Source: Azolla caroliniana
Lineage: Eukaryota; Plantae; Polypodiophyta
NCBI GenBank assembly: GCA_043228905.1
Contig: JBHGNT010000003.1
Location: 15,128,001 to 15,192,000, forward strand
Direction of reading: 5' to 3'
Length of the DNA stretch: 64,000 bases
Shown here: positions 11,593 through 24,628 of the stretch, in pieces
How positions within the stretch are numbered: the first letter of the stretch is position 1
How the letters are laid out: every line of letters starts with the position of its first letter
Made by a program: the position numbers and the translations under genes
The notes under the pieces: model-generated
What the model was told of the DNA's origin: nothing
Databases searched by the model: none
Seen by the model: only the letters and a program-made list of their open reading frames with translations

Positions 11593-14500
11593 GATACAGA
11601 GTGTTATTTTTTTAATAGAGTTTATGTTCTTCTCTCTCTGTCTCTCTATCTCTCCCATGTATGCTAAATACTCTCAAGCTTCCATTGAACTTGTGTTTCT
11701 ATTCTCTGTTGCTACCCTGCTAAACCGGTTTTGTCAAGCTTCCGCACGCTAACATTTTCATGGTATCAGAGCGCGAGGGTTGAGACTCCTCTACAACCAA
11801 CAAACGCTTTCAAAGACAAACCCTAACACCCGGTGAAGATCCGTAGAGAACCGAAATGGACAAAGGTATGGCAAGTTTGCTTCCCACAGAAAAGCTCGAC
11901 CGGAGCAACTATGCATCCTGGTCATATAAAATGCACCAGTACCTGTTGGGGTGTGGATATTGGAGCTATGTGGAAGGAAGACCGGAAAAGGGCTAGCCTT
12001 CGTGATGAAGCACAAGGAGAACTCGATGAAGAAGACCACTTTCGGATCGGAGGAAGTATGATATGTTGATTCTGGGTGTCAAACCACATGACGAGCCACG
12101 AAGAGTGGTTATGTCTCCTTTATCGACGACTACAATCGGCACATGTGGGTTTACCTCATCGAGAAGAAAAGCAAAGTCTTCGACTGTTTCCGGAACCTTC
12201 AAAGCTTAGTCGAAAGGGAAATGGAGAGGAAGATAAAGTACATGCAGTCGGATGGCGGAAAAGAATACTTTTCTTGCCAATTCAACAATTATCTGCAGCA
12301 AAAAGGAATTTAGAGAGAATTCAGCTACCAATATACACCGGAACAAAATGGTGTGGCCAAAAGAAAGAACCGGTCGATTGTCGACGTGGCAAGGGCAATG
12401 TTGGAGGAGAAGAGCATGCCCAAATTCTACTAGGCTTCGGCGGTCCGAACAAGCATCTACATCCAAAACCAGATCGGGGATGAGGTGTCAACACATGAGT
12501 TGTATTTCGGGCGAAAGCTGAATTTGAGACACCTTCGGATATTCGGTAGCATAACACATGTGCATGTACCGGATGAGAAGCGGAGGAAGCTGAATCCGAA
12601 ATCGGAAAAGTGCATACTCGTTAGCTACTCACATGAACAAAAGGGGTATAAGTGTTATAACCCCCAGACTAAATGGGTGCGAGTAAGTCGAGATGTCGAG
12701 TTTGATGAGTCGGCATCATGGTACTCCCTACCGACTCCAACTCCCGATGAAGACCCGATTCCGGAGGATGAGGCTAGTGAACCCGGAGAGGTTTAAGAAG
12801 AAGATGAAGGATTCTTACTCTAGATGAGAGTCCGATCTCATTCCGGCTAAGTGGACCGAATGAGTGGCTGAGTCGGGATGACCAGTCAGATGAAGAACCG
12901 ACGAGTAGTGGAGACTCTATCGTGCTCTCCCCGCGCAAGGAACCGAGGAGACGGTTCACGTGAAAAGAGAAGGGGAAGAAGAAGATGATGGAATACGATA
13001 CCGGTAGTGAAGGGTCGGATCGGAACAAATCGGAAAGGAAGAAGGTGGATCTTCAGAAAGGAAGTCTGAACCGGCCAAGAAGGGCCTCAAACCGGCTAAC
13101 GAAAAGTTACGCCAGTCAATCCGTCAGAAGAAAACCATCATGAGGTACGGGTACAATGGGTACATGGCGCATCACTATGCATACATGACTAAGGTGGCAG
13201 AAGTGCGTGAGCCGGAGAGCTACGCAGAAGCAGCAAAAAACGCAAATTTGAGTGCTGCTATGGAGGAAGAAATACGGGCACTTGATGCCAACGACACATG
13301 GGACTTGGTTGACCCTCTCCGATAGTGTAAACCAATCGGTTGTAAATGGGTATATAAGGTGAAGTACAATGTCGACGGTTCGGTCAACCGGTACAAGGCC
13401 CGGTTAGTGGCAAAGGGATACGCACAGACCCACGGAATCGACTATGACGAGACCTTCGCTCCAGTAGCGAAGATGATGACGGTTCGTGTGGTACTAGCTG
13501 TTGCTATTGCAAGGGGATGGCATCTTCACCAAATGGACGTGAAGAATGCGTTTCTTCAAGGTGACCTTGAAGAACGGGTCTATATGATCCAACCCCTCGG
13601 TTTCGAATCAAAGATGAACAAGTCAGTAGTGTGCCGACTCAAGAAGTCGCTTTACGGTCTGAAGCAAGCCCCTCGAGCCCGGAATGCGAAGATCATGCAC
13701 GAGTTGCATAAGATGGGGTTTGCGGCCTCAAAGTCTGACTCATCACTGTTCATTCGAAAATGTCTGGATGGTCCTGTTTGTATCCTGTTATATGTTGATG
13801 ATTTAGTCATTACCGGACCCGGATGACGGAATGCCGACCGATCTCCACACCCCTGGACCGGAACCTGAAGCTACATCCCGATGTCAGCCCGGCCTGCAAT
13901 GAGAAACAGTTCCAACAAATTGTCGAAAGCCTTATATACTTGACGATCACCTAACTCGACATCAGTTATCCAGTAGGGGGGATCAACCAGTTTATGTAGA
14001 CGCCGACCGTGGAGCACTTTCAGTGCGCGCACGACTATTGCGATATGTGAGCGGCACGAAGGACCCGGGACTGTTATCCCGACATGGTATAGCTGGGAAG
14101 CTAGTCGGGTATACCAATGCCGACTAGGCTGGTGATGCATCGGATCACCGATCCACCTTCGATTACATGTTTTCTCTTGCTAGCGTGGTTGTTGCATGGA
14201 GCAGCAAAAAGCAGTCAACAACGGCTCTATCAAGCACTGAGGCTAAGTACCGAGTCGCTACCATTGCCACCAGTGAAGCCATCTGGGTTAGGCAACTACT
14301 GCGAGACCTCTTGATCGAGGTGCCGACCCTGATCCTAATTTATTGTGACAACGTAAGCAGCATACAGCTCGCCAAGAACCCAATATTCCATGCTCGGACA
14401 AAGCACATAGAAGTGCATTATCACTTTGTTCGTGAGCGGGTCTTGAGCAATGAAATTGAACTTTGGTATATTCACACAGATCGACAGGTTGCCGACATCT

Positions 14501-17500
14501 TCGTCAAGCCGCTCGAATCGAACAAGTTGCGGCATTTTTCGGAGATGCTCGGCATTAAGCATCTCGATGTGCCACACTTGAGGGGGAGAACAAGAACGGG
14601 AACGGATAGCACCGGAAAAGGAGCCGGAGAGGAAGAAAGAACCAAGGGGGGAGATGAGCAGATAAAGGAAGTCGATCCGACCTGTTATGTACACAAAATG
14701 TTGGTGAGGGTAGGTCACTAATATTTACATTAGTGAAGGGTATGTTCACTAATGTTAAAAAGGGGCTAATGTGATTGGATAGAAGGAATGATAGGTGCAT
14801 CCACTATCATGATTTGGGCAACCAATGAATAGAGACCCTTTTCGAAAGGCATATCTATTCAAGGGGCCTAGGAAAAGGTATAAATATGAGGCTTAACTAC
14901 CCTCATAAGCACATTACGTCAGAAGGCTGCTGTCTTAGACACCGGTGGTGCGGGCTTGGCTTTTGTCTCAACGATCGTGTTTACCTCTTCCAAGGTATTA
15001 GTCATCCTAATATCCGGTAGTATGGGACGTCAGTGGTAGGTTGGCTATGTCTAGATCATAGCTCGAGGGTGGTTGGGTGGAACGGGTTCTTCTATCCATT
15101 CTATTCTCGTTCTTTTACTTTAGTTTGGTCTATTGATTAGTAATAGACTCTTAACATTGGTATCAGAGCATTTACAAACAAAGTTTTTTTGTTGTTTTGA
15201 TGTTTTTTGCGTGTGAGCGATGGGTATCTAACAAGGCTCGTCTTGCTCTTCACAGTATCAAAACAACATTCTTAACCCGGTATTCTTCTTTCTCAATCTG
15301 TCTTTTCTTTTCTATGATGCTTTCTTCTTGGTCATATGGAAGTGGTATTACGTTTTCTTTTCTTTTCTTTCTTCTTTCTACCATGATACGATGTTAATCT
15401 ACTTATGCATCAAGTCGAGCGTGTTTGCACTAATCACACATGCTCAACTCATGGCCCTTTTGCATATTGCGATGTATCTCCCACTCTCCCTTCTCTTGAG
15501 CCATCTCCTACAATAATAATTAATCTTGTGCATCGGGTCGAGCGTGTTTGCCCTAATCGCACACACTCACCTCATGACCCTTTTGCATATGATGTTGAGT
15601 ATGGCACCCTTCCCTTTATTGAGCCATCACTTGGCCAATTCTATGGGATGTTGTGGTCTTAAACGAGGTGTATGTCGCATACCTATGCCACTCTACTCTC
15701 TATTGAACTATGACTTGGCCGATTCTATGGGATGTGGTGGTCTTGAGGAGGTGCATGTCAACTACCTTAGGGTTTCATACCTTAGGGCATGCTTAATGTT
15801 CATACACCTAATTGATTATTATTCTAATTAAATTTCTAATTACACAAATTTTCGTTTTACTTTGGTATGATTTTCTAGTAAATGTCATTTACCCACCCAC
15901 AATTAATTCTCATTTTCCCCCTCCTTTTCATGTTTAAAGTATTTATGTGCGTTTACCTATGATGTAACGCTTCCATGTAGACTATTTTTTCGTATTGAGT
16001 GGGCATCATGCCGTTTTTTGAGCGATTTTTTTCCGACAGCTCATCTAGGTTTAACTCATATTATCGAGCCTTAAAACTCGAGTAAAACAACATGAGCTCC
16101 CCTATTGATGTTTTACTCATAGATTTGAGTACTACATCTTTGCTCACAACACCACCACCACTTGTATCAATTTGTGGCTTATGTCACAATTGTGCAAATT
16201 ACAACCACCATATTGGGATTGATAGGTGCATACATCACAAATCCATTTATTGGTGGTATTTTTGTTTAGTAGACAACGTATGGTTTTTGAACCTTATTTT
16301 CGTCACTTCTTGACTCTTATAGATAGTGACTTCTTTTTTTCTTTTTTTCATAACATTTGCTTGCTACTCGCAAGACTAGAATATTACTTGTGAGTGCACT
16401 TATTTTTTCACGTAATACACTTTCTTGACCATATCAATACATGTTAGGTTGGCATTCTAATATAAGGCTAACTAGGAAACTACATTGATGTTAGAACCAA
16501 GGTTGAGCCTCGGGGAGCCGCCATGATTATTCAAGATAAAGATCCGAGAAAGACATCTTAGCTATGTTTTCCCCCATGGTTTTTAAAACACCATAGTGTT
16601 ACCATAGTTATCGGATCTCGAATCACATCTCATATGTCTAGAGGGGTAAAGATGTGAGATGCTTTCTTGGTAAAGTTCTTACAATCAAAATTTCAAGCAT
16701 TCATTTTGCTTGTGTATTTTCTGAACCTCCTTATTTATATTGCATACCCACAGCTTGCATCATGGAACAAGTTTTGAACACTGTTGGAGCGATCTCTCCG
16801 ACCGAGACCTCTCAAGTCCAATCCACATCTCGCACACAAGCTGAGATCACCATGGATCAATTTCTCACTACTATCTTGAATCAATTGGCCGAAATGAGGC
16901 AAGCCAATATGGCATTGGAAAAGAAATTCCAAGAATTGACTATTGAGTCCAAGAAGGAAGGTGAACCTTCTTTCGTAGTAACGCCATTCAAGGGAGATAA
17001 GAAAGAAAGAACCGAGGAGGCCATTAGCACTTGGCTTGGTCGTTGGGAGTCTCACTTTGAGCTCCACCCCAAGCCCGATGTTGTAAAAATTGGTTATGTC
17101 GGTCGTGAGTTAGGTGGCCAAGCTGCTGCTTGTTGGTGCGGCCTAAGGACTGCAAAGAACTTACCCACAACTTGGGAAGGCTTCATTGATGTTTTTAAGA
17201 AACAGTTTTTGCAGCCACCTTCTCAAACTGAACAAGCGCAACACTTGCTCACGTTGTCAAGTAAGCCATTTACCTCTCTCGAGGATTATGTGCATCATGT
17301 TCGGACCCAAATCCAAAAATTGGGACTTACAAGTGAGAAATGGTTTGTTGCTTGCTTTTTGAATGGTATTCCCAATGGGGATTACCATTGGATTGTCCAT
17401 GACAAGGTCCCCACAACTTTTGAGGAAGCCGTCAACATTGTACTTCGGTACCATAGGACTTCCAAGAAAGACCACAATAAACCTGAGTTCGCCAAAACTC

Positions 17501-17655
17501 CGAATGTCAAGTTCATTGAGAAACATAAGCAATCCAGTGACACTCTTGACCACAACTCCAAGAAACCGAACCTCTTCTATGCATATTGCAAGAAGCGGGG
17601 CCACACAAAGGATACTTGTCATCGTCTTGAGAGGAAGTCAATGAACACCCCTCAA

Positions 17656-18177
17656 TGTTACCGTACGAGATATACAGGTGATTGATAAGTGTGATAAGTG
17701 AGGGTGAAAGATGTAATGTGTTGATATGTATGTGTAATGCTATACGATTATGAGTGTGAATGTAAGTGTGAGTGTGGTGGATACAAAGAGGTGTGAGTGA
17801 GTGACTAGGTGTGAATGCCCAAGGGGCTTGCACCCTTGTGTGTCTACCCTTTTGTAACTATTTAACCCCCCTTATGGGGAATGAATGAACATACAATGAT
17901 CATTTCTCTCTCAATCTCTCTCTTGTCATCTGTCTCTCCCTCTCTTCCCTCTCCCTAACGTTGAACCCCCTTGGGAGGGGGTTGGAGCCATTCTAGGCAC
18001 CCCCCCCACCCCGCAATGATTCTCAATGCTTGTAAACATCTTCATCATCTCTCTCACCATCATACCATTCATCATCTCCACTATTACACTATGTCTATCT
18101 TCATTATCAATCTACCATCATTGCTAGCCCTATTCCTATCTTTATCATTATCATACCCTAACGCTAAACCTACAACA
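17656..18177 (+). mobile_element. Solo LTR (522 bp) between gag and protease of D
   Basis: TGTTAC...CAACA with perfect TSD CTCAA (17651-17655 / 18178-18182). Excision gives a continuous frame MNTPQDKSTSHTG...FLFDSG. Orientation is tentative. Confidence 0.9.
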
Positions 18178-18548
18178 CTCAAGACAAATCTACGAGTCAC
18201 ACAGGTGAGTCTTTTGATGTTGTTGAAGTTCATACCAACCACTTAAGTTCATGTGAATGCACTTTTCCTTCACATTTACTTGGGCCTAATGATTTACTCC
18301 AAGTAGTCGGGTATATCAATGGAACACAAGCACATTTCTTGTTTGATTCTGGTACTTCTCACAATTTTCTTAATGGTCACTTTGTGCAGCAAATGGAACT
18401 CCACATAAACGCAAGTGATCATATCTATCAAGGTCACATGGCAAAATGGAAACGTTCAATACATCAGTGGCATTGTTTGTCAACTGCCAATTCAAATAGA
18501 TACTTATTTGGAGAAGTTAGACTTTCATGTTATGAAACTACAATCCTC

Positions 18549-19373
18549 TGTCACGGTATTCCGCATGCACGTGTCGTATTAGGCGGGACCACCGGAGTCA
18601 CGGACCAGGAAGACATGGATGTTGGGAGACCAACTCTCACTGGAACCGTCTGCACTGGCTATGGCACAAACCGGGTGATTCTAAATGCGTACCGGAGGCT
18701 ACCGAACAAGAGAGAGGGAGAGAGAGAGAGAGAGCGTACACGCAACACCAACTCAACACACACCACTTATGTACAGAAACGAAAAACGAAAACACCAACA
18801 GAGACATAGATATGCACAACCTTTTATATATATAATTACAAGAGCAAAATACAACTCCGGCTTCGAGCCAGACTAAGGTAGGTTAGGTTAAAACAACAGT
18901 CTGTTGCCAAGCCACTGATCGGGGAACTCTCGGGCTCTTCGCGTCGAGCGGGGTCTTGCACAAGAGACAGAGCAGAAGTGAAAACCCCTAAGGACATACA
19001 AGCTCCTAACCAAACTAAATCCTAAACAGACACGAACTCTCAACCAACACGAAGAAGAAGAAGACCTCAAAGAATAGAAACAAGAAAGATTATCATACCT
19101 TGGACCTAATGGTATACCCTCCTAACTCAAAATGGGCAACCCCTTCAAGAGACCCTCCCTTCATTTTATAGCACCAGGAGGGAGTGGCGTAACAATGTGG
19201 GATAAATATCCCTTATTATATGGGATCCCTTGTCCCGACTTAACTCCTATTTGGCACCATAAAGGCACCCCTATTATTCACACATTTTATACAAGGGTAA
19301 GTGCACATGATGCACTTCGTCGATGCCACTAACTTCTCCGGTTTTCTCATTATGGCCGTGAATCTTCACGACA
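18549..19373 (-). mobile_element. Solo LTR (825 bp) in D protease, related to 6029-6755
   Basis: TGTCACG...CACGACA with 4-bp flanks CCTC/CCGC. The terminal ~35 bp resemble the 6755 and 27375 termini. Confidence 0.85.
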
Positions 19374-22300
19374 CCGCAAATGTCATTTTAGGATACCCTT
19401 GGTTTTTTAATAAAAACCCTTCTTTGTCCATTGATTGGGTTAATCACTCAATCATCTTTGAACTTAATAATTGTAAACATTTTATTCAATGTTCCAAACT
19501 TCTTTCTTGTTCACTTGTGTCTTCTAAATCTTTAAGTGAGTATTCTAGCTCATTAATTTATTCATGTGTAATTGATCTTGCGCTTCAATTTTATTATTTT
19601 AATATTGACGCCACACAATTACCACATTATAAACAACGATTACTCGACTCTATTTTAGACGATTTTCAAGACGTGTTTCCTAACGAATTGTTGCTTACTT
19701 TACCACCAAAATGTAATGTGGACCATCAAATTGAACTCATCCCCAGTGCTGCTCCTGTGAGCATTCCACCTTATCGACTTAGTCGATTAGAAGAGGATGA
19801 GATTGCTAAACAACTTAAGGAATACTTGAGTATGGGCCACATTAGGTATAGTAAATCACCTTGGGGTGTGCTAGTTCTATTAGTTAAGAAGAAGGAAGGT
19901 TCATGGCGAATGTGTATCAATTATCACCGTTTGAATAAAATGGCAATTAAAAATGCATATTCGTTACCTCGTGCCGATGATTTGATTGATCGTTTGCATG
20001 GGGCCCGATATTTTATGAAAATTGACTTACGAACTAGTTATCATCATATTTGCATTGCTAAGGATGATATTCCTAAAACCGCTTTTCATACGCGCTATGG
20101 CCATTATGAGTTTTTAGTCATGCCTTTCGGGTTGACTAATGCTCCAGCCACATTCCAACAAGCGATGAATGACGTTTTCTGAGATCAACTCGATGATTTT
20201 GTTGTCGTTTTCTTGGATGATATTTTGATATATAGCCGTACCTTGCAAGATCATGTTGAACATATTCAATTTGTTTTGCAAAAGTTGTGTGACAACTCTT
20301 TCTATGCAAAACATTCAAAATGTGATTTTTCCCAAAAATCTATTGTGTACCTAGGTCATTTAACTACGGAAAATGGCGTTGAAATTGAACCTTCTCGTAT
20401 TCAAAAGGTTAACCTTTGGCCCATTCCTCGTAATATTCGTGAATTGCGATCATTCTTAGGGTTTGTGGGGTTTTTACGAAAATCAATTTGTAACTATTCC
20501 AAATTGACTACACCATTAACTGACCTTTTAAAAGGTCATCCACGTAAGTCTATCAAACCGATTGCATGGAATGAACAACTAGACAAATCATTTGAGACAC
20601 TCAAAGAGCATGTGTGTCAGGCTCCCCCTCTTCTATTTCCGAACCCTTTCTAAGCCTTTCTCAATCAAAACCGATGCTAGTGATTATGCTATTGGTGTCA
20701 TTCTTTATCAAGGTAGTCACCCTATTGCTTTTGAAAGTAAGAAGCTTGATGTTGCTCAATCTCGATATTTAGTTCAAGAGAAAGAGTTGTTTGCCGTAAT
20801 ACATGCACTTAAAACATGGCAGCACTATCTCTATGGAAATAAATTTGTGGTTACAATAGACCATCAATCATTGAAGTATTTTTGTGACCAACCAGATCTT
20901 GTTGGTCATACAGGCCGTTGGGCTGACCTTATGCAAGATTTTGATTTTTCCATACGGTATCGCAAGAGTTCTATGAACACTGTTGCAGATGCTCTTAGTC
21001 GTATTAAAGAAGTTAACATGCTTATCTTCACGGAAATAAAATCTAATCTTTTAGATCACCTTCAAGGGAAATACCTTGATGACAGTTATTTCTCAAAATA
21101 CTAGACGAAAGCCGATCTGGTTTAGTTGTCGTTACTAGCACCCTACCCTCGAAGGCAGCCTTTCATATTGCCAACGATTTGCTCTACCGTAGTGGAAAGG
21201 TCTGTGTTCCAGATTTACCAAACGTAAAACAAAAAGTTTTTCATGAATGTCATGATGCACCATCTGCGGGTCATCCTGGAATACAACGCACACTCGTTCT
21301 CATCCTGGCCTAAGATGCGCTCTAACGTGCATAAATACGTAACTCAATGCTTACAATGTCAGATTAATAAGTCGAAACGACTTAAAGCTGTTGGTCTTTT
21401 ACATCCCTTAGATATTCCCAACAACAAATGGGAAAATATCTCAATGAATTTTATTGTTAGTTTACCTCGTACACAGAGGGGTCATGATGCCATTTGGGTT
21501 GTCGTTGACAGAATAACAAAATTGGCTAGATTTATTCCTACCAAAACCACGGTAACCACTCAACAATTGGCTTATCAATTTGTTGATGAGTTATTTCGTT
21601 TTTATGGATTACCGATGGATATTGTTAGTGATCGAGATTCCAAGTTTACTAGTGACTTTTGGACTCAAGTCTTAAAGAAACTAGAAACTACATTGAGCAT
21701 GAGTTCCGCAGATCATCCTCAGTCTGATGGACAAACTAAACGAGTTAATCAAATTATTGAGGACATGCTTCGAGCTTATGTAGCAAAAACCCCTTCTAAG
21801 TGGGAGCAATACCTTCCTATCTTAGAATTTGCCTATAATAGCTCTAAACATACATCCATTGGATATAGTCCTTTTGTGTTGATGTATGGTTTTCAGCCAC
21901 GTGCCCTAGTCGATGTCACGATTCATCATGATACATTAGATAATACACACAATTTTTTGCAAGACATGAACCAAATGTTGCATATTGCCAAAGAAAATGT
22001 CAAGACAGCTCAAGATCATGATCGATTTTATGTTGATCAGGAGAGACATCCTCGTGCATTTTCTATTGGTCAAAAAGTTTTTTTGCGTGTCCCTATTGAC
22101 TCTACGTCATTGTCTATGGGCAAGTGCGCTAAGTTAGCCCCACGATATTGTGGCCCATTTGAAATCCTTAAGCGAGTTGGGTCATCTGCTTATCACCTTG
22201 CCTTATCCCGTAATGTTGGTATTCATCCTGTTTTTCACATCAGTCGTCTAAAACCATTTTTAGGCTCTGGTGATAACACCATCACAATCCAAGATCTTGT

Positions 22301-24277
22301 AATATTAGAGGATTTTTCTTACAAACTTCATGTTCCTAAACGAATTCTTGATTCTCGTACTAAACGTTTACATTCTAAAGAGATTCGGCTATTCAAGATC
22401 AAATGGATGGATAAACCTATTGATGATGCCACATGGGAACATGACCATACTCTTAAGGCACAATTTCCTCACTTCATATTGCAAGAGTGCAATCTTTTAA
22501 AGTAGGGGAGTATGTTACGTACACATAACGTTGGTGAGGGTAGGTCACTAATATTTACATTAATGAAGGGTATGTTCACTAATGTTAAAAAGGGGCTAAT
22601 GTGATTGGATAGAAGGAATGATAGGTGCATCCACTATCATGATTTGGGCAACCAATGAATGGAGACCCTTTCAAAAAGGCACATCTATTCAAGGGGCCTA
22701 GGAAAAGGTATAAATATGAGGCTTAGCTACCCTCATAAGCAAATTACGTCGGAAGGTTGTTGTCTTAGACACCGGTGGTGTGGGCTAGGCTTTTGTCTCA
22801 ACGATCGTGTTTATCTCTTCCAAGGTATTAGTCATCCTAATATCCGGTGGTATGGGACGTCAGTGGTAGGTTGGCTATGTCTAGATCATAGCTCGGGGGT
22901 GGTCGGGTGGAATGGGTTCTTATATCCATTCTATTCTCGTTCTTTTACTTTAGTTTGGTCTATTGATTAGTAATAGACTCTTAACACAACCAAAGGAGTC
23001 GGCACATCCGAACAAGTCGAAGCAAGCGGCAGTGGTGGTAGAGTCAAGAAGGATAGAGCCGACTAGAAGAAGGCCAAAACCCAAACGTGGTCCGATGTGG
23101 TGAAGGGCCTAAAAACGGAAGAAGAGTTGGAGACTACCAACTCGGACAAGATGTAGAATGAATCGGAGGAAACCGATTCGGTTGAACAGTTCGATTACGA
23201 AGAGCCGAATCAACTAAAGGCCAAGCGGACGGGAAGGCAGCGGAAGTCGACACCGACACAGAGGAACCGATGGGTCGACAAGTGCCGGAGTCATAGCAGT
23301 GAAGGAGCTAAGATGGGCCTGTTTAGCAGACAAGCCGACCAAGGAGGTCGAAGTGCGCAAAACCTGACGGGTCATGGGAAGCAGAACCGACCGGACGAGG
23401 AGCACGAGCAAGGCGGGCGGACGTCAGAAGGAGCCGGATGAAAGGATTGACTACTGCAGACATTGGCACCATGATACGACCTCAAGTTGAGCTTGAGGGG
23501 AAGTATTGAGCGAGCAAGCTCAATCGTTGTCACGTGGCGTGTGACACACACGCCAAATGTCGCGATGTGCGTGTCACATAGGCGCGGACAAGCACCGGGC
23601 CTCTATCCGTGAGTGGTTATGGAGGAGATGAATTAGCCGTTTTAGGTTTATTGTCAGGTTGTTCTTTGTTGTCGAAGACACACCCGAACTAGAATCCACG
23701 GTGCGGTGGATTGATGCGTAGGCGGCGGTAATGTGGTGGTGTGCAACGTTTAGCGGGTGACAAACGATGGCGAAATGATCTTTGCCGATGTTATTTCCTT
23801 CTTGACAAGAATTCCAGAGATAGAGTGAATGATCACACGAAATGAAATTGTAGTAGCCGAAGTGATGCACTAATGTGGTTGTGTGTGAGAGAGAGATAGA
23901 TAGATAGATTATATTATCGTCTTCGGAGGTCAAATATGACCTATGAGACCAAAAATATTACATTTCACATGATACGTGTGAAGGTGAGTAGCGACTCTCG
24001 ATGTTCAAGAACTTTACCAATGAATATTGCAATCGAGAGTGCACATCGTGGTTGTGAGAGAAATTCGTGCAAGGATTGGGCTCGATCGAAGAGATGTGGA
24101 AAGCATGGTCAAATATGATCAAAGGCAGAGCATTGTATCAAAGATAGATGGATGGATGGAAATTTCAATTCCAGGTTTGAACCCTTGACATCAATGTTGA
24201 GAAACAAGACAAGTCACCAATAAGATAAGTAGGTTTTTTAATATTAAGATGTTGATTCAATACATAGCTTGATTGAT

Positions 24278-24628
24278 GTCGGAGCAAGCGGTAGTGGTAG
24301 TAGAGTCAAGAAGGACAGAGCCGACTGGAAGAAGGCCAAGACCGGACGTGGTCCAATGTGGTGAAGGGCCTAAAAACGGAAGAAGAGTTGGAGACTACCA
24401 ACTCGGACAAGAGCTAGAATGAATCAGAGGAAACCAATTCGGTTGAATAGTTGGATTCAGAATAGCTGGATCAACTAAAGGCCAAGCGGACGAGAAGGCA
24501 GCGGAAGTCGACACCGACACAGAGGAACCGATGGGTCGACAAGTGTCGGAGTCATAGCAGTGAAGGAGCTGAGATGGGCCTGTTAAGCAGACAAGCCGAC
24601 CAAGGAGGTCGAAGTGCGCAAAACCTAA
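24278..24628 (+). repeat. ~350-bp local copy of the Copia C 3' UTR (donor ~23018-23367)
   Basis: Near-identical from (A/G)AGCAAGCGG.AGTGGT.GTAGAGTCAAGAAGGA to GAAGTGCGCAAAACCT. Confidence 0.9.

Larger units (their letters stand above)
16762..22505 (+). pseudogene. gag-pol of element D (Gag, PR, RT, RNase H, IN, chromodomain), broken by two solo LTRs, stops and frameshifts
   Basis: Gag knuckle [40 protein letters not shown]...FLDDILIYS, RNase H TDASDYAIG, IN HPQSDGQT...CGPFEIL, chromodomain RILDSR...KIKWMDKPIDDATWE. Confidence 0.93.
14683..22986 (+). mobile_element. Ty3/Gypsy chromovirus D, structurally complete with a decayed polyprotein
   Basis: 474-bp LTRs at 14683-15156 and 22513-22986 (~22 substitutions by manual count). 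PBS TGGTATCAGAGC 15158-15169, PPT AGTAGGGGAG 22501-22510, TSD CGACC/CAACC. Confidence 0.95.

Noticed and set aside
10831-11760. A single LTR shared by tandem elements B and C
   Set aside because: A second TG start at 10927 with TSD GCATT/TCATT and the rest of the B LTR at 27750-27884 show nesting instead.
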